From Candidatus Limnocylindrales bacterium (GTDB lineage: Bacteria; Chloroflexota; Limnocylindria; Limnocylindrales; CSP1-4), in NCBI GenBank assembly GCA_035717785.1, contig DASTIG010000259.1, positions 11,316 to 75,315 of the forward strand: 64,000 nt of DNA, in the 5' to 3' direction. Shown here piece after piece: positions 55,969 through 64,000 of the stretch. A program made the position numbers and the translations under genes. The notes below the pieces were generated by a model. It saw only the letters and a list, made by a program, of their open reading frames with translations. It had not been told where the DNA came from and made no database searches. Positions within the stretch are counted from its first letter, which is position 1. Every line of letters starts with the position of its first letter.

Positions 55969-56532
55969 ATGACGGTCTACCGAGTCGAGAGCTACATGGT
56001 TAGGGCGGTCGACCCCGGGGTTCTCAAGGAAGGAACGTTGGGTCGCCAGGGGGCAGACGCCATCAGCTCGCGCGGGCTCATCGACACCGACGCGCGGCGG
56101 CGACGCACAGTGCCCCTGAGGGGTGCTGCGATCAGCTTGGCGGTCGCTGTGATTCTGGTCGCATGCGGAGGCCCCGGTGTCTCGCTCGGGCCGAGTTCCC
56201 CACCGGCCTCACCCCTCGCGAGTGAGACGACGTTCGCATCCGCATCGATCCTGCTCGTGGCGACGGATCCAGAGTGTGGTGGAGGACAGACCGTAAGCGG
56301 GGACATCGATCGCCCAGCAGGTGCGCCGATTGATCCCATACAGTCTCTGTTGAAGGACTTCGAGGGCGTGCTCACGACCGATCACCTTGTCCTGGGCTCG
56401 TATCAGGGACGGCCGGCGGTGATCGTTACCCGTGATCAGCGGGTCGTCTTCATCGGCAGCTTCGGCCAGGACGGTCGCATCTATCAGTACGTGGGCTGTG
56501 CCGCGGCGGGCATCCAGGTGGGTGGCACGTAG
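55969..56532 (+). CDS. Putative lipoprotein
   Basis: Hydrophobic segment ISLAVAVILVACGG (lipobox). The true start may be the GTG at about 56110 rather than the ATG at 55969, which is preceded by GTGAGGA. Confidence 0.4.
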   Translation: MTVYRVESYMVRAVDPGVLKEGTLGRQGADAISSRGLIDTDARRRRTVPLRGAAISLAVAVILVACGGPGVSLGPSSPPASPLASETTFASASILLVATDPECGGGQTVSGDIDRPAGAPIDPIQSLLKDFEGVLTTDHLVLGSYQGRPAVIVTRDQRVVFIGSFGQDGRIYQYVGCAAAGIQVGGT

Positions 56533-56848
56533 GCCTACGACGATGCGAGCGATCTGAGGACCTTGCGGTGACGGAGCCGAATGAACGGCGGGAGACGCTA
56601 GGTTCGACCAGAACGTGACGGGCTTCCGGGCGGAGGAGGAGTTCGGCTTCGACGCTGAGCCCCACGTCAGGACTGGCAAGTTCGTGAAGATCCTCGGCCT
56701 CTAGTCGAGATGGGTCCCGAACCGTGACGCTCGGTGTCCTTAGCGATGCCGAGCGTCACGGCTGGCGGTTCGTTCACATCCCTCCCTAACGCACGCCCGT
56801 GGTCGTTCGTTATCACCCAAAGACCCCGAATTCCCCCGTGCGTGAGGT

Positions 56849-57337
56849 ATGCCTATGACCCGCTTCAAGGCCGTCCCCGTTGCTATCGCTGCAGTCGCGC
56901 TGTCAGCCGGCGTCGCATTCGCCTACAAAGCCCTTCCGGAGGCCCCCGCGACGGGCCTCGACATGGCCACGGAGGCGGCGGAACGCACGGTTCCGGCCAG
57001 GCCCGAGCCGATCGAGCACACGGCTCCGGCAGACGCGACCACCGCGGCCGACGGCGCCGATGTCGACCTCCCCGACGCCGCTGCCCACGGAGCGGATGTG
57101 TCGGCCGCAGCCACCGGGGACGATCCCACACCCGATACGAACCGCGGCGCCGACGTGTCGGAGGTCGCTCGCGACAACGCTGGCGCAGCCGCCGTCGAAG
57201 AGCACAAGCCCGCTGATGCCGGCCCGCCCGACGACCCCGGACCCCCGGATGCAGTCGAGCTTCCCGGCGACGCCCCAGAGGACCCGGGTCCACCCGCTGA
57301 TCCCGGCCAGCCCGAGGAGCCCGGACGCCCGAACTAG
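56849..57337 (+). CDS. Secreted Ala/Asp/Pro-rich low-complexity protein
   Basis: Signal peptide MPMTRFKAVPVAIAAVALSAGVAFA; GAGGT RBS 6 nt upstream. Confidence 0.55.
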   Translation: MPMTRFKAVPVAIAAVALSAGVAFAYKALPEAPATGLDMATEAAERTVPARPEPIEHTAPADATTAADGADVDLPDAAAHGADVSAAATGDDPTPDTNRGADVSEVARDNAGAAAVEEHKPADAGPPDDPGPPDAVELPGDAPEDPGPPADPGQPEEPGRPN

Positions 57338-57346
57338 GCCCCGTCC

Positions 57347-57395
57347 AAGCAAAGAACCCCGCTCGTCAACACCTCCGACGGGCGGGGTTCTACTT
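57347..57395 (+). terminator. Rho-independent-type terminator hairpin
   Basis: GAACCCCGC-T-CGTC-(9 nt)-GACG-G-GCGGGGTTC followed by TACTTATGC, immediately after the stop at 57337. Confidence 0.55.
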
Positions 57396-57782
57396 ATGCA
57401 TCTACGGCGCGCTCAGGGCTTGGCTGGTGCGCATCCCCAGCGCCAGCGCTTCGTCGCGATCGGCGCGGGGCGGAGTGCCTCCATCGCCACCTCGCGAGGC
57501 GATAGCCAGGCCGTTCGCCGCGGGCTCGTCCAGCGCGAGATCAGCGCGGCGCGCGTCGTCGCGGGCCTACCGCCCAGCGCGGGCGGCTGACCAGACGGCA
57601 AGGATCGGTCGGGTCGGTCGCTCGTGTCCCGCCTTGGCACCGCCGCCACCCCCGGCCATCCCGCCACGACTAACTGCGAGCCGGCCTAGGTCGGGGTCGT
57701 GGGACCATCGCTCGGCGCCACGCCCGCAGCCGCCGAGCTGGTCCACGTCCCGGCGGTGCTAGGTTCTGGTGGGCGAATAACG

Positions 57783-58232
57783 CTAGAGCGTCGGCTTGAC
57801 GACCATGACGAATACGATCAGCAGCGTGACCGTGACCATCCCGGCCAGCGCGTAGACCGGGGTTCGTGACCGGATGGCGGTCGCCACCGTCGCGACCTCG
57901 CTGCGCACCTCCTCTTCTACACGATGCGTCCATCGCTCGAACGTGAAGTTAAAGGCGATGAGCAGGATGATCAGGAGGTACGCCGCGATCAGCCATGGCG
58001 CCGCGATATCGATCGAGCCGTTCAGCGCCGTGACGAACCCGAACAGGAGGCCAAGACCGTAGAACGCCGCGCCGGCCCGAAATACGACGGTCGTGTGGAC
58101 GAACGTCTTGCGGATGTTCTCGACACTGCCACTGCGCGCGACTAGGTAGAGCAGCACGGACGGGCCGATGGCCAACGCCGTCGCAAGGAACATCGATCCG
58201 ACATGGATGAACTTGAATAGCGAGTACGGCAT
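57783..58232 (-). CDS. DUF2269-like four-TM membrane protein (paralog of 47246..47698)
   Basis: MPYSLFKFIHVGSMFLATALAIG N-terminus; four TM helices. Confidence 0.55.
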   Translation of the reverse strand: MPYSLFKFIHVGSMFLATALAIGPSVLLYLVARSGSVENIRKTFVHTTVVFRAGAAFYGLGLLFGFVTALNGSIDIAAPWLIAAYLLIILLIAFNFTFERWTHRVEEEVRSEVATVATAIRSRTPVYALAGMVTVTLLIVFVMVVKPTL

Positions 58233-58240
58233 CTCGACCT

Positions 58241-58822
58241 CTAGTCCGCGCGGATCCCGTCGAGTAATACCGCGACGAGGTCGGTCTCGAAGGCATCGAC
58301 ATCGGCCGGGCCGAGATGCTTGGCGATGATCGCCCAGAACAAAGCTCGGGCCGGCACTGTCGGGTCATGGATCCGCAGTTCGCCGGCGACGATGCGAGCG
58401 CGGAGGTACTCGGTCAGGACCGCTTGTCCTTCCTCGGTGACCCGCGCGAGCGCCCTGGCGACGATGGGGTTCGTCGGCGACTCCGCCACCACCAACCGCA
58501 GTAACTCGGGACGTTCGCCGAGGACCTCTGACAGGCCGACAGCGATCTCCGAGAGGACCTCCGCCGCCGGCCGGTCGGGCGAGACGGCAAGGAGCGCACG
58601 CAGGCGGGGGAGGAAGGCATATCGCTCGAGGACTGCCGCGAGGAGGTCGTCCTTGCTGTCGAAGTAGTGGTAAACGAGCCCGTGTGCCGTGCCTGTGGCG
58701 GCCGCGATGTCCGCGATCGTCGTCGCGCGGAAACCCCGCTCCGCGAAAAGCCGCAGCGATGCGTCAATGAGTTCCGATCGCCGCTGATCGGCCTGAAGCG
58801 TTCGAGCGGTCTGCCGAACCAT
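58241..58822 (-). CDS. TetR-family transcriptional regulator
   Basis: RRSELIDASLRLFAERGFRATTIADIAAATGTAHGLVYHYFDSKDDLL is a TetR HTH. Confidence 0.85.
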   Translation of the reverse strand: MVRQTARTLQADQRRSELIDASLRLFAERGFRATTIADIAAATGTAHGLVYHYFDSKDDLLAAVLERYAFLPRLRALLAVSPDRPAAEVLSEIAVGLSEVLGERPELLRLVVAESPTNPIVARALARVTEEGQAVLTEYLRARIVAGELRIHDPTVPARALFWAIIAKHLGPADVDAFETDLVAVLLDGIRAD

Positions 58823-58904
58823 GGACGGAGTATTCCACTCACTGACTGGTCAGTCAACAGGAGCGGATGCCGGCTCGGGGCTCAGTCCAGTTGGCCGTCA
58901 ATCG

Positions 58905-59075
58905 GGCAGCCTCCTGACCTTCCGCAGGTCGGCGATGCAGTCCCAGCCAGGCAAGGCTGGGGCCTCCCAGTACGCCAACCCCCGCTCGAGGCCGTCCTGC
59001 TCCGCCTGCGCTTCCCCATGCCGCGGGCCAAGCGTCGGCCGTCGTCTCGGTCACTCCCTCACCAACCAGGCGGCT
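58905..59075. repeat. Degenerate module B copy (protein-like on the minus strand: ...LVGEGVTETTADAWPAAW...)
   Basis: Aligns at DNA level with 59835-59925, 61140-61330, 53955-54030 and 52520-52650 (CCCAGCC..CTGCCAGTACGCC..GCTCGAGG.CGTCC...GCCTCCCATGCCGCG...CGTCGGCCGTC...GGTCAC.C.CTCGCCGATGAGGC). Confidence 0.5.
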
Positions 59076-59205
59076 GCGCGTGGCGACCGGGGCAGTCGGC
59101 GATTCGTTGGTGTGCTGCACGTTGAACTGCGTCAGCGAGTCACAGTCCGAGACTCGACGGGACGATACGCGGACCGATCGCCCCGTCGACCGGCCCGTAC
59201 ATGTC

Positions 59206-59763
59206 CTAGTCGGCGACGACGCCGGCATCCCACACGAACTGGAAGCGACCGGACGTCCCGCCGCAGCCGCTGCCGCTACTGAGTGTGTAGCAGACGGAGT
59301 CCTCCGCGTCGACGCAGGTGCTCGACCCAGGCGGGGTGCCCTCCTTGATGTCGCACCTGGACTCGAAGTTCTTGTCGAAGCCGAGACCTCGCCTTAAGGC
59401 GAGCGCGGTCCGCTGGCTGTCCTCGACCAAGCCGTCGAGGATCCCGAGCGTAACCTCGGGACCAATCGTCCGGTCCAAAGCCACGACCGTCGCGACGATG
59501 GTGCCCACCGCGTCCAGCGCGAGTGGCACTTCCTCGTAGTGCAGGCAGACCTCGGCTCCTACCACAAACCGCTCCAGGTCCGCGCGGATGCCGGCGTGCT
59601 CGATCTTGCCAACGGCCGAGCGTGTCGCTGACAAACGGCCGCCGCCCCGATTCTCCTGCCCTATCGCCACCGCAATCTCCTCCGCTGCACTGACCACCCC
59701 AAGGCGGGCAATGGACTGTACCGGTGCGCTGTATGCGGCTGCCAGCCGCCGTGAGGTCACCAC
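59206..59763 (-). CDS. Hypothetical protein with a Cys-rich C-terminus
   Basis: Start abuts repeat copy 5. C-terminus CDIKEGTPPGSSTCVDAEDSVCYTLSSGSGCGG. Coding status is uncertain. Confidence 0.3.
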   Translation of the reverse strand: MVTSRRLAAAYSAPVQSIARLGVVSAAEEIAVAIGQENRGGGRLSATRSAVGKIEHAGIRADLERFVVGAEVCLHYEEVPLALDAVGTIVATVVALDRTIGPEVTLGILDGLVEDSQRTALALRRGLGFDKNFESRCDIKEGTPPGSSTCVDAEDSVCYTLSSGSGCGGTSGRFQFVWDAGVVAD

Positions 59764-59830
59764 TTGGGCTCCGGTCCCAGACCTTCGATCCCGCTTCGGC
59801 GTTCAGTCGGTCCGGCCGACCGGGCGGCGG
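59761..59830. repeat. GC-rich structured repeat, copy 5, contiguous with module B
   Basis: CTTGGGCTCCGGTCCCAGACCTTCGATCCCGCTTCGGCGTTCAGTCGGTCCGGCCGACCGGGCGG. Confidence 0.6.
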
Positions 59831-59936
59831 TCCAGTCCCAGCCCGCCTGCCAGTACGCCGAGCCGCGCTCGAGGGCGTCCCGTGCCGCCTTGGCCTCCCA
59901 TGCCGCGATCCAGGTAGTCGATAAGATTGGCAGATC

Positions 59937-60797
59937 GTGGGTCTCAGCAAGAAGAGCTTCGACGCACCCGACGAGCACGTCGAGATGCACGGCGTGACTG
60001 CGGACGTCGTCGAGATCGCCGATTCGACGATCAGTCGCAACGCCTTCCAGCCTGGTGTGCACTGCCCGCAGATCAGCGTCGAAGGCAAGCCGGTATGCAT
60101 GGCGCACCACACCGGCTACGTGGTCGCGGGTCGGCTTCATGTCGAGATGCGAGATGGGTCCGTCATGGATGTCGGACCCAATGATGTCTTCGATATTCCG
60201 CCGGGCCATGACGGTTGGGTGATCAGCGACGAGCCGTGGCTTGCGGTCAATTGGGCGGGCTTCCGGTCGTGGGTGCCGGGTCGAACGGGCGAGCGGGTGC
60301 TGCTGACGATCCTTTTCACCGACCTCGTCGGCTCGACCGAAAGGGCCGTGTCTCTGGGCGATCGCGAATGGCGTGATGTCCTGGCTCGACACTACCGCTC
60401 GGTCCGTGTCGCTCTTGATCGCTACCGCGGTCGTGAGGTCGACACCGCGGGCGACGGCTTCCTCGCCGTGTTCGACGGCGCCGGTCGTGCGATCCACGCG
60501 GCGAGCGCCATCCGCGAGGCGGCTCGCAAGGACGGCCTATCGATCCGCGCCGGGATACATTCGGGCGAGGTCGAGATCATTGGCGATGCCGTCCGAGGCG
60601 TCGCCGTGCACGAGGCGTCGCGCATCGCCACCGTCGCCGGCGCAGACGAGATCCTGATCTCCGAGGCGACCCGCATGCTGTCGGCCGGAGGAGCGTTCAC
60701 GTTCGATGCCCGTGGGCCGTTCGTCCTGAAAGGCCTGCCCGGTCCCCGCACGCTGTTCGTCGCCGATCCGATCGAGGAGGCAACGCCGACGGCGTGA
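59937..60797 (+). CDS. Cupin domain fused to a class III adenylate/guanylate cyclase (paralog 2)
   Basis: Collinear with 44476..45351 (KSFDAPDEHVE vs KSFETPDEVRS; IPPGHDGWV vs IPPGHDAWV; LLTILFTDLVGSTE ... TAGDGFLAVFDG ... AGIHSGEVE). Confidence 0.75.
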   Translation: MGLSKKSFDAPDEHVEMHGVTADVVEIADSTISRNAFQPGVHCPQISVEGKPVCMAHHTGYVVAGRLHVEMRDGSVMDVGPNDVFDIPPGHDGWVISDEPWLAVNWAGFRSWVPGRTGERVLLTILFTDLVGSTERAVSLGDREWRDVLARHYRSVRVALDRYRGREVDTAGDGFLAVFDGAGRAIHAASAIREAARKDGLSIRAGIHSGEVEIIGDAVRGVAVHEASRIATVAGADEILISEATRMLSAGGAFTFDARGPFVLKGLPGPRTLFVADPIEEATPTA

Positions 60798-61139
60798 GCC
60801 GCAGGACCTGACCACTTGCGCTCGGGATGGCGTGAGCGCAGCCATCCCCTGCACCACCACCCTCGCCTGCGCCTGGACGCTGCGCCTGTCGCATAGAACC
60901 CGTCGCGCGACGGCGACGCTCTATGCTCCGCCGATCGACCCGCGGCCGCCCCTGAGCCGGCCGGGGTCGGAGCCTCCGCACCTCGATGTTCCGCTGCTGC
61001 TCATCACGCCGGCGGACGGCGAGTCTTCAGCCGGGACCAACGCTTCTGGCTCCAGGTCAGTGACGATTTCAGAGCAGCTGACGCCACCATGCGAGTGCTA
61101 TGAAGAGGAGGTCATCGACTTCGTCGCTGGCCTGGCGTG

Positions 61140-61330
61140 AGCCGGTCGAACGCGATGCTCCCGCTGGGCGGCGATCTAATCCCAGCCCGACTGCCAGTGC
61201 GCGGAGCCTCGCTCGAGGGCCGTCCTCGGCCGCCCTGGCCTCCCACGCCGCGATCCAGGCGTCGGCCGTCCCTGGCGTCACGCGCTCGCCGATGAGGCGG
61301 TTGCGGGTGGCGGCGCGGCGGGCCACGTCG
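61140..61330. repeat. Degenerate module B copy (minus-strand reading ...TDVARRAATRNRLIGERVTPGTADAWIAAWEARAAEDG...)
   Basis: Same alignment as above and the longest preserved copy. It has no accompanying intact repeat core. Confidence 0.5.
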
Positions 61331-61912
61331 GTGCGCTCAGGGGTCGGCTCGGCGGGACACGCTGCCAAGTCTGAGCTAGCCGACAAACAGCTTGACGGTC
61401 ACAAATAGAATACGGCGGCAGGGGGGTCTGGTTTGCCCACGAGGTGAGCCCGTGACCGTCCACGTCAACGAGCGTCGGCGCCAAAGCGACCGGGCGGAGG
61501 ACCGTGCGAAGCGAGCGGCGAAGCTCGGTGACCTGATCGGATTCTTCGTGGCGCGCGGGCAGGCTGAGGCGGCGCGACGTCGCCGCGACGAGTGGCGGGA
61601 TCGCGAGCTCGGGCCAGAAGGGTCTTTGGGCTAGGCCGCGCGATTACGCGAGTTAGCCGATCTCCACGTCGAAGCTGTCGGGCGGCACGTCGAGCCATTC
61701 AGCGATCGCCGCCCGCGCCTCGTCCAGCGCCGCCCAACGCCCCGTTGCGGTCACTTAGACCCACGGCATTGGTCCACGTGGCAACGGCCATCCTCCGCGG
61801 TCCTGACGCGACATGCGGGGCGGTCGCCGCGAGCGCGACCCGCGGCTCAGCACGCGCTCCCGCAGGGACTACTGAGCCTAAGGGGCGACCGAGGGCCACA
61901 AGGCTGTGCCGG

Positions 61913-62857
61913 TCAGCGGTAGCGCTCGTACCAGGACAGCACGCGCAGGGCGCGCAGGGTATTCCATCGGCTGGGCAGCCCTTCCCTCTCGTCCATGTCG
62001 AACCCGAGATCGCGGACGCTGGCGTCGACCAGTTCGCTCTCGTGGGGGTTCTCGAGCGGCAACCGGCCTTCGGGGTCGCGCTTGGAGCGGACCAGGTCGA
62101 TGCCCTCAACCAGCCGGGCGTCAGGCGTCACGCCGGCTGCACGCAGGTAGTCGAGCCCGCGCAAGGCGTCGTAGTGGTAGCCGGTCGGGAACGAGAACAG
62201 CGTGAAGGCGGGATCGATCAGCTCGCCGCTCGACATCCGGCGCAGCATCCGGCGAGCGACCAGGTATTCCTGCCCACGCTCACTCGCCGTGGTCACCTCG
62301 GCCGAGCCGCCGGTCACTCGCTCGTGCTCCAGAAGGCCCTCGAGCACGTTGATCGTCGTGTGGAAGGACCCGCGGGTCGAGCCATTCTGCTGCTCACAGT
62401 TCCATCCGCCATCGGCCATCTGCTCGCCGAGCAGCCGCTCGACGATGCCTGTCACGTCCTGGCCGAAGTACGAGCCGACAGTCACGACGCGTCCGTTGAT
62501 GCATGGCTCGACCTCGCCTGCGAACACCGGTCGGCCGTTCCATGGCGCCCACGGGTTGTGCCACGTGGCCTTGTCGCGGACAAGACCGATCGCGCTCCGA
62601 GCCTCCTGACTCGACGCGTCGAGACCCATGTCGCGGAGCATCAGCAGGGCGAGGAGGGAGATCCACTCGGTATCCGGCTTGCCGACGTCCCACAGCCCAT
62701 CCTCCCGTCGGATCGCCAACAGCCGCGCGCCCCAGCCTTCGGTGGCAACGCGGGCACGCTCCGCGGCCACCTTGTCGGCCGGCGCATCGGTCAGGTCGCG
62801 CAGCGCCTGCCAGCGGATCGCCGGGTCCGCATCGAGCAGCCAGTCGAGCGCGTTCAT
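61913..62857 (-). CDS. Hypothetical protein, possibly an alpha/alpha-toroid (prenyltransferase/terpene-cyclase-like) fold
   Basis: Start reset to MNALDWLLDADPAIRWQALRDL (AAGGGGA RBS). The upstream 91 aa of the track ORF are rejected. The fold assignment is tentative. Confidence 0.45.
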   Translation of the reverse strand: MNALDWLLDADPAIRWQALRDLTDAPADKVAAERARVATEGWGARLLAIRREDGLWDVGKPDTEWISLLALLMLRDMGLDASSQEARSAIGLVRDKATWHNPWAPWNGRPVFAGEVEPCINGRVVTVGSYFGQDVTGIVERLLGEQMADGGWNCEQQNGSTRGSFHTTINVLEGLLEHERVTGGSAEVTTASERGQEYLVARRMLRRMSSGELIDPAFTLFSFPTGYHYDALRGLDYLRAAGVTPDARLVEGIDLVRSKRDPEGRLPLENPHESELVDASVRDLGFDMDEREGLPSRWNTLRALRVLSWYERYR

Positions 62858-63470
62858 CAGGCAGGTCCCCTTCGTTTCGATGGGCGCACCGTAGGGGATG
62901 GCGAAGTCATCCGTCGACGAGTGACGGCGCGAATCGCGGGCTGTTTCGCCGCTGCAAGGACCGGGCCCTCTTTGATACTGCGGGCCGTCGTACCGGACCA
63001 CTAACGTCGATCTCGGCAAGCCGCCATGACGACAGACGAAGAGATCGAACGACGCGACGCGACGCAGAGGAACGATGTGATGTGGCCGTACGTCCATGAA
63101 CCGGGGGCCGATCACGCCCGCTCTGATCACGATCCCGAGCTCCGACGCAGCATTTCGCGACCACGTCTAGGGGCTGCGCTGACTGGCGTGCTCAGCGGAC
63201 CTCGAGATCGGGCTGCGGCGCATATTCCCGCGCGTCGAGGTGCGGGAGCGCGCGATCTCGGGAGAGGCCCCGGCGTCGTACGTGTATCGGGACGGCGCGT
63301 GGGGATAGTCGCTCTCCGGTTCCTGGTGGGATAACCCCCACCTGTCCCGGGTGACCGTCTCACTCGCCTGCTGGATCACCCGAGCTAACGCGACATTGAG
63401 GGACGGGCGGAGAGATTCGTGACGGTCTTCCGCCTGGCCGGTGGGCACGCCTGACCCCAGTTCGCTTTGG

Positions 63471-63977
63471 TCAGCGTTCGCGAACGAGCTCCGCAAGCGG
63501 TCGTCGTCCGGTCCCGGGACCACTCCGAGGCCGTCGAGCCTCGTCCGTCGCGTGTCCGATCGCGACGATGGTCCTGATCCAGGCCGGCGGCGCGACACCC
63601 AGCAACGCCCCGACTTCGGCCTGTTCCGCAGCGCCGTCCGCCCAGCCGATGCCGCCACCGAGACCGAGGGCACTCGCGGCGATCAGGATCCGCTCGGCCG
63701 CTCGGCCCTCATCGTAGGTGTCCTCGTCGGGATGTTCGCCGTTCATCAAGATAGCGATGGCGATCGGAGCCCTGGCGACATGCCGTGCATAGGGGGCGAG
63801 CTCCGCGATCCGTCGCCGAACATCCCGGTCGCGAATCACGATGAACATCCACGGCTGACGGTTCTCCGAGCTGCCGGTCCAGCGGGCGACCTCGAGGATG
63901 GCCCGGATCGCCGCCTCGTCGACGGGCTCGTCGGTGAAGCGACGGACCTGCCGCGTGCGCCGCAAGGCCCGCAGCAC
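63471..63977 (-). CDS. Nitroreductase-family protein
   Basis: MLRALRRTRQVRRFTDEPV N-terminus typical of nitroreductase/NADH-oxidase superfamily; about 168 aa. Confidence 0.7.
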   Translation of the reverse strand: MLRALRRTRQVRRFTDEPVDEAAIRAILEVARWTGSSENRQPWMFIVIRDRDVRRRIAELAPYARHVARAPIAIAILMNGEHPDEDTYDEGRAAERILIAASALGLGGGIGWADGAAEQAEVGALLGVAPPAWIRTIVAIGHATDEARRPRSGPGTGRRPLAELVRER

Positions 63978-64000
63978 GGTCTCGGCTGAGGCGTCATCCA

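Noticed and set aside
55969-56109. N-terminal 47 aa of the putative lipoprotein 55969..56532
   Set aside because: A lipobox 50 aa into the protein is atypical. The GTG at about 56110 may be the true start, but it has a weaker RBS. Left unresolved at low confidence.
1-64000. CRISPR arrays, transposases, integrases
   Set aside because: No regularly spaced short direct repeats with unique spacers were seen. No DDE or tyrosine-recombinase motifs were recognised next to either tRNA or elsewhere.

Overview
This is a high-GC (about 70%) window of bacterial chromosome, probably from an actinobacterial-type genome, with dense and mostly translationally coupled genes. The ORF track over-predicts antisense ORFs throughout, so I recalled several start sites and merged N-terminal extensions; those are listed under rejections.

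Read from the start of the window:
- A glutamate synthase large-subunit gene (gltB) runs off the left edge and is missing from the ORF track. It was found by reading minus frame 0 by hand. An ammonium transporter gene (amt) lies next to it.
- A PspC / toastrack (LiaF-like) envelope-stress triad is followed by tRNA-Lys.
- Housekeeping and catabolic genes follow: gluconokinase, a D-2-hydroxyacid dehydrogenase, an aminotransferase, proline dehydrogenase and a short-chain dehydrogenase.
- The most unusual locus (12.9-19.5 kb, minus strand) is a split cytochrome b6 / subunit IV Rieske complex. Its c-type subunit is a cytochrome c-cupredoxin fusion. A GltD/SudA-like NAD(P)H iron-sulfur flavoprotein with a C-terminal 2x[4Fe-4S] ferredoxin is ATGA-coupled directly upstream of cytochrome b6. 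A Kelch beta-propeller membrane protein is ATGA-coupled at the 3' end.
- Next come bcp, thiamine pyrophosphokinase and ybaK, then a large excisionase-type HTH + 3xGAF + GGDEF signalling protein and an amino-acid ABC transporter.
- A membrane protein is coupled to a WYL-domain regulator, followed by a CAP-domain protein, an HD dGTPase-like protein and a VIT-family transporter.
- A xanthine-dehydrogenase-family operon has a fused 2Fe-2S/Moco subunit, an FAD subunit, an F420-type LLM oxidoreductase, an enamidase-like amidohydrolase and a PF06684 protein.
- After tRNA-Arg the content becomes accessory-like. Two paralogous cupin-class III nucleotidyl cyclases and paralogous small membrane proteins sit among at least five copies of a roughly 100-nt GC-rich repeat. 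The repeat contains a UUCG-tetraloop hairpin and a second hairpin with one covarying base pair. A degenerate protein-like module accompanies it. This looks like an undescribed multi-copy element.

No CRISPR array, integrase or transposase was recognised.
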